A stretch of 63,479 nucleotides of DNA, counting the filler, from Chrysochromulina tobinii (taxonomy: Eukaryota), in the NCBI GenBank assembly GCA_001275005.1. It is 8 parts of 8 records of this genome, joined end to end, with 100 filler letters (N's around TTAATTAATTAA, not from the genome) between each part and the next. Parts side by side here need not be neighbours in the genome. Positions count along the whole stretch, not along the records: positions 50,621 to 57,153 come from JWZX01000770.1; positions 57,254 to 60,543 come from JWZX01000772.1; positions 60,644 to 62,317 come from JWZX01000775.1; positions 62,418 to 63,479 come from JWZX01000784.1; 4 more parts are not named here. One strand, 5' to 3'. Every line of letters starts with the position of its first letter. Position 1 is the first letter of the stretch. A program made the translations under genes and the position numbers. Under the pieces are notes generated by a model. That model made no database searches and was not told the origin of the DNA. It saw only the letters and a program-made list of their open reading frames with translations. Positions 52,342 through 63,479 of the stretch are shown here, in pieces.

Positions 52342-55300
52342 CTACAGCTTCCTGCGCATGACGAAGGAGAGCCCATTGCTCACCTCGCCGCACCGCCCGA
52401 AGCCACACTTCTTCTCGTAGAAGTCGAGGGCCTCCTCATTGTCCTTGTGCACGTTCAGCTCCATGGTGCGGTTGGCGCCTCGCGCTGTCCGCCAGGCCAT
52501 ATCCATGAGCGCCGTGCCGATGCCACGGCGGCGCCAGTCCTTGTGCACGTGGAGCTCATACAGGAAGACCTTCACCCCACGCTGCTCTGTGCCACTGACT
52601 GCGAAGCCGATGAGGTCGCCGCTTGGCGCGATGGCGAGGTGGGTCATCAGGTCCCACCTTGAAAAGTAGTCCTCAAACTTGGCGCCGTTGCGCTGGTGTC
52701 CCTTAATAAAGTCAGCCTCGATGGCCGCCATCTGCTCCTGCAGCTCAGCAGGCACAGTCGCGCAGAGCTCAGATCGGAAGCTCGGCAGCTCGGCCGGCGC
52801 CGGTGTTGGCGCCGGCGCCGGTGTCGGCGCCGGCTCCAGCTCCTCCGTTTCCATCGGCTGCTCATCCTCTACAGCCGTCGCCTCAGCCGTCGTCGCCTCT
52901 GCTGACACCTCGGCCGCCGCCTCCTCGGCCTTATCCAGCTCTACCTCCGCTGCCTCGTCCTCCGCCTTGTCAGCGCGCTCCTCGTACTCCTGGATGAGCT
53001 GGTCGTCGACAATGAATGAGTAGGGCTCCCAGCTGTTATAGCTGGAGTCCCAGCCCTCCCACGCCACCAAGTACAAGGCCGAGCCGAGTGTGACGTTTGC
53101 GTCCTCCACTTTGGCGTAGCGCGACACGTCCGCCGGGGTGGCGGCGCGCTTGTCGAGGATGGCCTCCACCGGCCAGTCCTCCTGCTCGTCATCCCACTCC
53201 GACTCGGCGGCCGCCTTCCGCTTCCTGCCGCCGCCCTTGCTGCCCTTTTTTGCCGCAGCCGCCTCAGAGGGCGCCGCGCGTGCCTTCGCAGTCCGCGGCG
53301 CGCGCGAGTCGCATCCCAAGTCGCCCTTTTTCAGGTCGTTGGGGTTCTTGTCGATCTTCTTCTCCTTGAACTCAAGCTCCATCAAGCCTTGCAACTTCAT
53401 CACCAGCCAGGCCCGCCCGCCCTTAGGTGGCGGCGAGCAGATCAGTGGCTTGCCGCTGCTCTCCGTGCGCCCGTCAACCACTCGCCGAATCTTGAGCTGC
53501 TCGATGAGCTGCGGGTTCTGGAGGAGCTTCAGACCAGAGAAGGTGGTGCAGCGGAGCAAGGGGTCATGCAGCCGTGCACGCTCAGCCTCGCGCGCCGCGG
53601 CACGTGCACGCAGCTTCGCCAGCTTTGCCTCACGCTCGGCGGACTTCGCCTTGAACAGCCGCGCGAGCTGCTCGCGCTGCGAGCCCTCCTCCTTCCGCAG
53701 CCTTGCCGCCTCCTTTCGGCTCACCTCGCCGTAGAGCTTGAGCCTCTTGCCGTCGAGAAGCTCGCCCCACGCCCACGTCTTGTTGTACTTGAAGAGAGTC
53801 CAGCCGCGGCGGTACACGAGGTTGGAGCCTTTCTCACGAGTCGAGAGGAACTTCTCGAGCGCAAAGACTGACTCGACGACGGTGTTCGTGCGGTTGACGC
53901 CGCTCAGCTTTGCACGCAGCTCCGGCGTGACATTGGCGCCCGTCAGCGCGCCACCCACCTGTAGATAGTGTGTATGCTCCTCGAACTTTTCTGCCAGCTT
54001 CGTCAGCCCGGCTTTGAGCAGCTCCTCCATGCGCGTGCAGTTCTCGGCCTCGTTGTAGATGCGGGCCATGTCGGTCCGCACGCGGCCATCCTTGGTCTTT
54101 GTGTGGACTGCTGACTGCGGGTACAGGTGCGGGTACGACGGCAGCAGCTTTAGCTGGTTGGTGGCAACGAGCCGCGGCTTGTCCATCGCGTACTTCAGCT
54201 GCTTGAGCGCCTCCTGGTAGATGGGCGCCATGTCGAGGATATGCGGGTCTGAACCGTCAGCTGGTCGGTGCTTGAGTGCGCGCAGGATCGGCCAGCCGAA
54301 GAAGTCTCCTATGATGGCTTCGGCACGCACGCACGCACGCGTCTCCGGCGACTCGGCGCCGGCGATGATCTGCTGCCGGATGCGCCCGCCACCCGGGTTG
54401 GCGAGCTCCTCGTTCTCCTTGAGGTAGCGGTAGAAAGAGCCCGGGCCGTCCTGCATTATGCGGTCGACAATGGGCGCGTTGAGCATTGTTACATAAGAGC
54501 GCGAGCCCTTGATGGAGAGCAGGTCCTCCATGTGCCCAAGCGCCAGGATTGACTCGCGGTCATCTGGGTTGAGCTGGGCTAGGTACTCGTTGTAGCCTCG
54601 GGCCTCCTGGCCGACTGCGTATCCCTTGTCTGAATGAGTGGCCGCATACTTCGAGGTGCAGTAGATCAGCGCACCAGAGGGCGACGAGTTCCACCCGACC
54701 GCCATGTGCAGCGCCCGCACCTTGTGCGCCTCGAGTTCTGCTGCAGCATCGCTCTTGCCCATCCAGCCACGCACAACGGCATCCATGGCCTTGGTTGCTG
54801 CGGCCATCGGGTTGACGGCGGCGCCGTGCTCGCCGCACGTCGGGTTGACGTGCTCGGACTCGGTCATGAGGCGCGCAGCAAGGAGCTCGGCGTTAGCGCG
54901 GTCGTTCATCGCGGCGCTCGGCTTGAGCTCCGCGATCTTCTCGGTCTCCTTCATCTCGGCCTTCAGGCACAGCGCTGCCACGTCGCGGCAGATGCTGCGG
55001 AAGTCTGCGGCGCGCGTCGCTGCCGTCTTATCCATCGCCCAGCGGATGTCGAACAATAGGTTCTGGATGCGCGACGGCTCGCCGGCGCGCGTCGGTGGCC
55101 GATGGCCGAGCACAAACGCCGAGAGCTCTCGCCCCTCAGACGACGCGGCGTCAGAGTGCACCGCAAAGTTGCCCTCGGTGCCGCCGCCGGCGATGATGGC
55201 CTCGCCAACTTGCAGCTGCGACAGTGGCCCCATCTCGGAGCGAATGTTTTCGCACGTCGTCACCCTGGGATACCAGAGCAGGTACTTCTTCTCGTACTTG

Positions 55301-57153
55301 CGCGCGCCATCCACAACCTTGACAAGCACCTGGCGCCAGCGGCCTGGCAGCTGGATGCCGAAGTAGCTCGCCATGATGGTGTAGATCTCTGGCACGTGGC
55401 TGTGGCACACGTTCGCGATGGCGATCAGCTTCATGACCATGAAGCGCAGAGGCATCGCAAAGGCGCCACCCTCCATGGGCGGTGGTGGGTACACGACGCA
55501 CTTCAGTGCCACCGCCTCCGCTTCCATGTCCTCGAGCGTCTCCTTGAGCACGATCATCTCGGCCTTGAGCCTTGGGAGCTGCATCGCCTCCTGCGCGAGC
55601 TCGAGCGTCTCCTTCGACCAGTTGGTGGTGATGGTTGACCTCAGCTCCGCGTTCATGCGCTTGAGCTCCTCAACGCGCCGCTTCTCGAGGTTGAGGAGTT
55701 TCGTCGCACCCATGTTGTTGTCCCGCCGTCCGCTCAGCTCCATGATTTTGGCGGACTGCTCAGCGATCTGCTGCTCGAGCTCCGCCGTGCGGCCGCGCGC
55801 ACAGCGCTCGCGCACGCGCTCAAGCTCCAGGGTGGCCTTGACGATGGACTCATTGAGGGAGACCAGGTCGGCCTGGTGGCGCTGCTCAAGGTCGTCCACG
55901 AGCCGACCGGTGCTCGCCTTGCAAACACTGAGCTCATTGGTCACCGTAGCCAACTGCGCACTGAGCTCCTCGATCTCAAGTCCTCTCTGCTTCCACGCCG
56001 CCTTGAACTCGTCGCGCTCGGCTCTGAGCTTTGAGCTCCTCTCCTTGAGCTCGTCCATCTGCTCCTCCATCTGCTCCTCCATCTGCTCCTTGAAGCTGGG
56101 TGGGACGCGCGCAGCAGCCGTGAGTGCAGCGGCTCGCGTCTGGCGCATGGGCTCCATGTTGAGGGCTGCACGAAGCTCGTCTTCGTGATGATGCAGTAGA
56201 CGTGCTGCCTCAAGGCAGATGTAGGGCGCCCGCTTGACATTCCTCTTAGGACGTTTGATCTCAAGCGTACCAAGCATGCCAAACCATTTGGTCATGGTGC
56301 CGAGTCGAGGCGGCTCCTTGAGGTTGCCCCAGCGCTGCAGGGCTGTCCCGTACACCATGTAGTTGAGCGCCGTGGTACCGATGCGTTCCATGATGATTTT
56401 ATGAATTTCCCCATCGGGTCGCTGCCACTCGTCCTTATCCGGCGGCTTAATCCAGCCTGCTGCACCGTACGAGCTGTCAACCTTGAGAACCATGCTTGTC
56501 CAGCTCGCATGATCAATCTTGTTATCGGGCGACAGCAGCGCGAGGGCGATGAATGCAGCCTCCATCGGTGTCGGTCTCTCACTCGGCTTGGTGCTCGTCG
56601 GAAAGCCCGACTCCTCCGACTCGAGCTCGAGCTTGATGCAAGCAACCTTGGCAGCGTCGCCGTACGCCTTGTCATCCGTTGGTGAACTTGGGAGCTCAGT
56701 TTGCTCATCACCTGCGAAGTAACTCCATTCAGAGCAAGGTCTGAGATGGGGCTCGGGCATGCGCGCTCGCGGCGGGCGTAGGTACGCACTTTTGTCGATA
56801 TTTTCAGCTTGGAGTGCCTCTGGACGGCCATCTGCACATGCGACAATGGCAGGGCTTTCTCTCAGTATCTCTAGCATTTCGTGGCTCCGGACGTGGAGGG
56901 GCCGATTCACCCATGAGAGAGGGCCTCGGGAGCGCAGGGGCGGACTGGGGCACCGCCCTGGGGCGGCGCTGGGCAGGCCGCAAGATCTCACCTGCATTGA
57001 CGCCATGCCTCGCCTTCTTGACGTTTCGGACGTCGCCAAGTCTCTCCTGCCGTAACGGCGCGTGCGCAGGCGTAACGGGCAAGTGATGAGCTTCCTAACG
57101 GTGTCTGTATCACGATTGTAGGTGGAGTATGAGCGGGGGAGGCTGCTTACCAC
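52342..57153 (-). mobile_element. Putative DNA-transposon ORF: coiled coil + DDE/CxxH transposase-like core + chromodomain + GNAT acetyltransferase (true start uncertain; ATGs at 57006 and 56877)
   Basis: Intronless 1603-codon frame. Candidate catalytic D (HSDAAS, 55150-55152), D (MNDRA, 54901-54903), CGEH (54826-54837), E (TNTVVESVF, 53872-53874); chromodomain ~52980-53180; GNAT ~52342-52780. Confidence 0.7.
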
Positions 57154-57253
57154 NNNNNNNNNNNNNNNNNNNNNNNNNNNNNNNNNNNNNNNNNNNNTTA
57201 ATTAATTAANNNNNNNNNNNNNNNNNNNNNNNNNNNNNNNNNNNNNNNNNNNN
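57154..57253. other. Artificial contig linker
   Basis: 44N-TTAATTAATTAA-44N. Confidence 0.98.
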
Positions 57254-57601
57254 CGTCATCATCGTCGGGCGGCTCGACGGCCATCTCGTCACCTACTCGG
57301 CCAATCGCGGCCAGGGCCGCTGCCGCCGCTGCAGCCGCTTCCAGCTCCACAGCCAAGGCAACGGCCGCGTCAAGCTCGAGCTCGTCCGTCGACTGGGCCT
57401 CCTTGTGGGCGCGCACCAGGTTACGCACGCTCTCGGTACGTACGGCAGCCTCAAACATCGAGGAAAAGTCTGACACTGGGGGCCAGCCGATGCGCAGCCC
57501 ACCACCACCACCCGCGTTGCCGATGTACTTGGCCTCGAGCTTGCCCGCCTTGAAGGCTTCCTTCATCGTCTCCGTTAGCGTGTCAGCTTCCAGCACAAAC
57601 T

Positions 57602-59742
57602 GTGTACATCCGCCGAGGGGCCGCCACCGCCGCCGCCGCCGCCGCCGCGACAGAGGCGGCGCCGGAGGTGGCGCAGAGCGACAGCAGCGAGAGCAGCGAG
57701 AAATCGTATGCGACTGGTTCGGACACGTCCGAGCACAAGCGCAAACCTGGCCGTCCTGCTGGCCCAATTGTGGTCGAACACGGTGCTGAGGATGCGAAGC
57801 AGATCTTCACTGTTTCAATCCCGCTCGGCAGTCTCACAGTCGAGCAAGAGCAGGACTTGTGCAAGGCTGCCGAACGTGTCAAGGCGGTACAATTCATCGA
57901 GTACAAAGCCAGGCGTGAAGCCAAGTTTATGGGGCAGATCGAGTCGAAGCACGTCACGGGCCACAACCATTACATCGTTTGCTCCATCGACGGCGTCACG
58001 GGCCAGCAGAAGATCGACCTGTGCGCACCAGGTGCAGTCTGGTCCATCCTGAAGTCTGAACTTGTGCCATGCAAGGCTCTTCGGCTGACCAAGACCAACA
58101 CCGAGCCGCCCACGAAGCTGTTCATCAGCTCCGAACCTGCCGGTCAAATCATTGGACGGACGATCGGCGCTAAGCACCCCATTTACTTCTCGATCGTAGA
58201 TGGTGGCAAGGTCTCACCGCTGACTGAGCTCATTGGCGTTGCCTCGCACATTGTGTACCTCACAGCCGAGCTCGAGGTCACTACTGACGAGGGGATGGCT
58301 GCTGAGACGCCCACCACCACGACGCAGTACTTGCATCCCGGTGACCAAATCGCGGTGGAGCACTTGACGGGCGAGGAGGGCACTGATCGGCTGCAGCCAT
58401 CTCTCTACATCTTCAATGCGCTCGCGGTTCCGATCACGATCCTTCCAGACCTTACCATCCACCGCGATTTCACGGCCGCAGTGTTCCTCGTGTATCGCGA
58501 GGGCGCAAAGGGTCGGGGCAACCAGCGAGAGCTGCGCATCCTCAAGTCGTCTGGTGAACCAGTGCCGCAGCGCGAGCCAAAGGCTGCACAGCTGCAGGCG
58601 CTGAGGTTGCCACCGCCAGGGCAGGAGCCGTCATCAATGACTCCAGTGGACCAGCTCATGTTCATCTCGCTCAAAAGCCGTGCAGCGATCGTAGCCACAG
58701 TCGGAGAGGCTCTTGTTGACCTCAACCAGCGTGCCTTCCTCGCATCAGAGATTGGAACGGGCGACCTGCGGGCCATTGAGATTGATATCTACTCTGCATC
58801 TCGATCAGACGATCTCATGCAGTCGCTGTACTGCAAGCCGGACGCCTCCGGATACGAGAGCTGGCCGATTGGCCCACTCACAGTCGCGATGGTGTACTCC
58901 GCATGGTCAACTCTTAAGGGCGCCTTCGAGTAGCCTTCGAGGATACCTACACGACGGTGCTCTCGCCTGAGGCGGCCCTTGAGCTTGATGGTCAGTACTA
59001 CGCAAGCGCACGCAAGATTACGAGTGTGATCACGAGTGAGCTCTCAGCAGAGGGAGTCTCCATCGCTCAGCATCAAATTGACGGAGTCGTGCGCAAGGGT
59101 GCAGCTGTCTTCGCGCCGCAGTACAAGAAGAAGTCCGACAAGCGGCCAGCCACCGCTGGAACAGGTGGCACCCCTGACGTGAAGAGGGGGAAAGCACCTG
59201 AGGCTGACCGCATGACACGTCGCTCCTCCTCAGCTACTCCACCTGTGACTGTCGCCGCAGCCACAAAGGCGTCCGCTGCGGCCGCTGCCGCTGCGAATGC
59301 GACTGCTGCGGCTGCCGCCGCTGCTGCTGTCGAGAAGAATGCCAAGGCCGCTGCGAAGAAGGCCGCTGCAGCAGACGAGGCTCAAGAGCAGTCTAACGTG
59401 AAGATCATGACGATGCTTGCTGGGCTCACCGCTGCTTCGCAGGTTCCTAGCACGCCCTCACCCGTTCAGCAGCTCTCATTCTCGCCAATCAAGCAGGCGA
59501 TTAATTCGACGTCGGCCAACCTGGTTAGCAAGATCGAGGCCATCGAGCAGCAGCTGGCAGGTGATTTAATCGATAAACTTCGTCGCCTGACGAAGGAGAA
59601 TAGGCAACTCAGTGATGAGCTCGCCGCCCTGCGTGTCACTTCTGGCACTGCCGAGGCCATGCTGGTTGAGAAGTCTGCTCAGTGCACTCGGCTGCAGGCG
59701 AGCCTTGACAATGTCATGACTCGCTTCCTTGCAAAATTCTGA
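57602..59742 (+). pseudogene. Single hypothetical gene (C-terminal coiled coil) split by an 11-bp insertion at 58931-58941
   Basis: GCCTTCGAG-TA-GCCTTCGAG. Deleting 11 nt removes the TAG and fuses ORF 57602-58933 to 58957-59742 in frame (...GAFE-DTYTTVLSPE...). Confidence 0.65.
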
Positions 59743-59743
59743 C

Positions 59744-60310
59744 CGCTCGGCTCTCGCTCGGCTCTCACTCGCTCGCTCGGGCTCTCGCTCTCACTCGCTC
59801 GCTCGGGCTCTCGCTCGCACTCGGCTCTCGCTCGGGCTCTCGCTCGGGCTCTCGCTCGCACTTGGCTCTCGCTCTCTCGCACATGTCGCATGCTCTGCAG
59901 TTGGCTCTGTTGGCTCGGCTCTCGCTTGGCTCTTGCTCCGCTCCGCTCTCGCTCTCGCTCGCACTCGGCTCTCGCTCTCTCGCACATGTCGCATGCTCTG
60001 CAGTTGGCTCTCTCGGCTCTCGCTTGGCTCTTGCTCGGCTCTCGCTGACTCGCTCTCACTCGCTCGCACTCGGCTCTCGCTTGCTCGCACTCGGCTCTCG
60101 CTCTCTCGCACATGTCACATGCTCCGCAGTTGGCTCTCTCGCGCACGGCCCTTTCAAGCTCCCTGCTCTCGCTAGAGCTGTTCTTGCTCGGCTCTCGCTC
60201 TGTTCGGCTCGGCTCATACTCCGCTCTCGCTCTCGCTCTCATAAGCTCTCTCTCTTAAGGCTCTGGTTCCCATGTTGCATCGCATGGCAGTTGGCTCTCG
60301 CTCGGCCCTG
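59744..60310 (+). repeat. Pyrimidine-rich CTCGCT/CTCGGCT low-complexity tract with three copies of a ~40-bp core
   Basis: CTCGCTCTCTCGCACATGTCRCATGCTCYGCAGTTGGCTCT at ~59868, ~59970 and ~60097. Confidence 0.85.
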
Positions 60311-60543
60311 AGAAGTTACTCTGTACTAGTCGTACGCTCTCGGTGACGACATCGGCCGTGTTGGCGTTGGGCGAGTTCCATGCGGCTCTCTCTCGGCGCC
60401 GCTCGCTCATGTCTGGGCGGCTGCATGTTCTGAGCATGTTCTGAGTAACATGTTCAGTCTCGGTTCACTCGGTAAGTTAATACAATGTTCCAGAAGGAAT
60501 TTTTACACATGCTACGGTACTTAGATGCTACAGTACTTTTAGC

Positions 60544-60643
60544 NNNNNNNNNNNNNNNNNNNNNNNNNNNNNNNNNNNNNNNNNNNNTTAATTAATTAAN
60601 NNNNNNNNNNNNNNNNNNNNNNNNNNNNNNNNNNNNNNNNNNN
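60544..60643. other. Artificial contig linker
   Basis: 44N-TTAATTAATTAA-44N. Confidence 0.98.
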
Positions 60644-60658
60644 CCCGCCCCGGGGGCC

Positions 60659-62179
60659 TTGGGACTCATTGATTTATGTAGGGCTGATTTCCAAAATTAC
60701 CCTAATGAGTGCGAGCGGACTACCTTAACACTTTTTGACTTTCACGGGGCATCTCTCAACTTCATGACCATCGCAAGCAAGGACAAGAAGCCCACCTTGC
60801 AGCTCGTCTACATGCAAGCGAACGCTTTGCATCAAGGTGAGAACTTTTCTTCCACCCCTCCTTGTTCTATCTCATTGTGTGCATGTGCTTGCATTGCAGG
60901 TGAGCAGTTTGACGTCACGTGCTTCTCTGGGGTGAGCCAATATCACTGCTTACGAGCCCACGGCGAAGTAACCGTGGGTCACGTCTCATCGTGCCATCTG
61001 AGAGCTACGGACTTCGAGTCCATGTGCCAGGCCGAACCAGGAGATCCCCAGGAAAGGGCAACTTTTGTGAAGAACACGAGGAAGCAGTTCTTGCCCTGCC
61101 TCGTATACAGCGCAGCCACTCATCTCTCATGGCAGATGGAGGAGAATCACGAGAGCATATCTACTTACTCTCGCTGCTTTCTACAGGCTACGCGTAAAGA
61201 CCTACGTAGCCTGGCAGAATTGGAGGTCGACCCCGTCGCACAGATTGTGACCGTCATTATCGATGTGATCACCGACAAGGGTGCCACGCATTTCGTGAAA
61301 GCAGGATCAGGATCAGTGGATGAGAGCAAGGATGATGAGGACGAGGATGATGAGGACAAGGACGACAACGTAGGTGATGAGGACAAGGACAAAGACGTAA
61401 GTGCACTCTTGCACAGCTTGCACAACTCGCACAGCTTGCACAGCACGCACAGCTTGCACAGCTTGCACAGCACGCGCACAGCACGCACAGCACGCACTAG
61501 CCGCCTGACGCACAGCACGCACTAGCCGTCTGACAGGTTCCAGCTAACCTTTGCCGTGCATATGCCGTGTACACAGGAGGTAGAGCAGGCTAGTATGGAC
61601 GACGACCAGAGCACTCTTCAACAATACAGCGTATCCGACGCACTGAAGTGCATGCGCGATGACAATGTATCAGGCCACGTTGTGAGCAACGAAGACTGTG
61701 CATCGCTTGCTGCCGCACTGGCACAGCGACGGGTCAAGGACTCTGTCCCCCACAAGACCTTAGCTAAGGCCATTGCCCCGCTCGCTGACAGGTGCTTCAG
61801 GATGGGTAAGGAGCTTCATTTGATGTTGATAGGCTGCAACACCATCAAGGCAGTCCCTCACCTGAAGAGGGCGATCCCGGCGAATGCGCAGGGAGTGGTC
61901 ACAGTGCTGTGCACCTCGGAGGTGTGGCCATCCGACTGCTCCACCATGCTGTGGTGCCTTTATGGTGCTCTGGCCAGAACCAAGGATTTGAACAGCTTCA
62001 GAGCACAAACACGTGCTCTCTTAGGAACGTACACCGATCACTATCAGCGCCAGTCTATACAGGATGTGAGTCGACAGGAGCTCAAAATCACAGATAGCTT
62101 AGCTAATGCAGTGCATTGTGATCGCCTTAGCGACGTTCAGAGTCAGTTAGGTGGCGATGCAATCATGCAGATGCTGTAG
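60659..62179 (+). CDS. Spliced hypothetical protein (introns 60837-60899 and 61397-61576) with possible CHAT/caspase-like C-terminal domain
   Basis: GTGAG/TTGCAG and GTAAGT/CTAAC/ACAG splice signals. Intron 2 removal joins ORFs 60659 and 61556 in phase 0. SGH...LMLIGCNT...VLC pattern. Confidence 0.6.
61408..61525 (+). repeat. Intronic 9-bp minisatellite (GCACAGCTT/GCACAGCAC)
   Basis: Directly visible within predicted intron 2. Confidence 0.85.
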
Positions 62180-62317
62180 AGTCTGTTGGGTGAGGAGCAG
62201 AGCACTCCGCACGCGCTGCATTGTGGGTTTGTGCATACCCGAGTGCGAGTTGCTTTTAAGCTCTTATTATTATTACATATTAGCTACCTGCGCTATCCGT
62301 GATAGCTAGCGCTTGGA

Positions 62318-62417
62318 NNNNNNNNNNNNNNNNNNNNNNNNNNNNNNNNNNNNNNNNNNNNTTAATTAATTAANNNNNNNNNNNNNNNNNNNNNNNNNNN
62401 NNNNNNNNNNNNNNNNN
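62318..62417. other. Artificial contig linker
   Basis: 44N-TTAATTAATTAA-44N. Confidence 0.98.
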
Positions 62418-63479
62418 GACAAACGAGCGTTGGCCAAGCTCAACATTGGTAAGCCCGGACGAGATGCTAAGCTGGTCACCAAGCCCAGCTCATCTTCCAA
62501 GACCCAGAATGACCCGACGAGATCGCCCCCCTCAAAGCCATCCGATGACTCACCCGTGACCATGACCAAGCGCACCAATACAATGTGCTCGACCATCTCG
62601 ACGTCAACGAACACCACCTCGATCAAAATGTGCAGCCAGATCGAACCGATCGCCAACAAGGCCACGCCATCGTCTGAAAAGGCCGCGTCCTTCAAGCCAG
62701 CATCTTCCACCGTCGGAACTACGGACCTATGGGTGAACAAGAACTTCAAGCCTCGTGAGCAAGCCAAGTACGACACGCAGGGTATCGCCCTCATCGCCAC
62801 GACCGACGCGCAACCGCCGTCGCCGCCACTCAAGCGCGCGCCGTCGTCTGAGAAGGCCGCGTCAAACAAGCCCGCGTCCTTCACCGCCAAGACGGAGCCA
62901 ACCCTGCGCACGCACCCAACGACAGCGAACGACGACACGACCATCGTCATCAAGGACGGACGCGCAACGACCATCGCCAAAGCAACCTCCGCACTACCAA
63001 CCAATGTCGCCTCCATCGCGAAGGTCAAGCCGAATGCTGCCACGAGCCGCCGCATCACATTCGCTGGACCAACTACGCGCTCGAAGGACACGACGTCGAA
63101 CAAGTGGACCGCCAAGCCGACGACCTCGACCAACGTCACCACCACCAAGAACGTAAGCGTAATCCAGCACGAGCGCACGACGAGCGACGACGCTACCGCC
63201 CAGAGGACGACCACTGACAGGAAGACGTCCCTAGGCGCACTCGACCAACCACTAAGTTCTGATGACCGTAATCCGCCGAGCACTTCCCCACAGGAGAAGT
63301 GCGAGCGCTCCGACGGTTACACGCCCCCGGTCACCCCTCCCGCGCGCATGCACAAATACGATGAAACCATCGTCATCGGCAAAGTCGCACTCGTCAAAGG
63401 CGACGGCTCGTGCCTCCTCAGCGCGACCAAACTGGGCGACAAAGACGTACTGCGCATCATGTCCATCGACTGGATTCAG
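62418..63479 (+). CDS. Partial ORF (open at both ends): Thr/Ser/Lys-rich region followed by the start of an OTU-like cysteine protease domain
   Basis: Frame starting at 62418 has no stop to the window end (not in the ORF track). It ends VALVKGDGSCLLSA...VLRIMSIDWIQ, the OTU GDGxC motif. Confidence 0.65.

Noticed and set aside
58930..58941. 12-nt GT...AG micro-intron removing the stop codon
   Set aside because: Removing 12 nt does not restore the downstream frame; only the 11-nt deletion does.
15469..62417. Recurrent N44-TTAATTAATTAA-N44 spacer (7 copies) as a biological repeat or PacI-site system
   Set aside because: Constant 100-nt length and stops in all six frames: a contig-concatenation linker. 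ORFs ending in XXX-LIN are artefacts of it.
62366..63283. 305-aa hydrophobic minus-strand ORF as a membrane protein
   Set aside because: Antisense shadow of the A/C-rich plus-strand frame that carries the OTU motif.

Overview
GC-rich eukaryotic DNA, most likely from a haptophyte/prymnesiophyte-like microalgal MAG (inference from GC-rich codons, GT-AG introns, PPSP-rich proteins, a SECIS-type selenoprotein and centriole/cilium proteins). The window is not contiguous. Seven artificial 100-nt linkers (44 N + TTAATTAATTAA + 44 N) join eight contigs: 1-15468, 15569-31017, 31118-39849, 39950-50520, 50621-57153, 57254-60543, 60644-62317 and 62418-end. Gene neighbourhood is meaningful only within a contig. 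Recognisable genes: HET-like protein, Sfi1-like W-repeat protein, GT43, OGT/GT41, FUT8/GT23, PhyH-like dioxygenase, TPR/ARM protein with a 63-bp coding minisatellite, PAH-like protein, a protein with four RPGRIP1-type C2 domains, NAC/HYPK-UBA protein, EF-hand-fused PDK/BCKDK, selenoprotein T (in-frame TGA plus SECIS, split by the ORF track), a TKL kinase fragment, a CHAT-like spliced gene and an OTU-like fragment. The best candidate for a new system is the 1603-codon ORF at 52342-57153 (-): a DDE/CxxH transposase-like core fused to a chromodomain and a GNAT acetyltransferase, i.e. a DNA transposon that may carry its own chromatin reader-writer. Several small non-autonomous elements and an 11-bp excision-type footprint are also visible. 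All domain calls come from motif recognition by eye, not from database searches.
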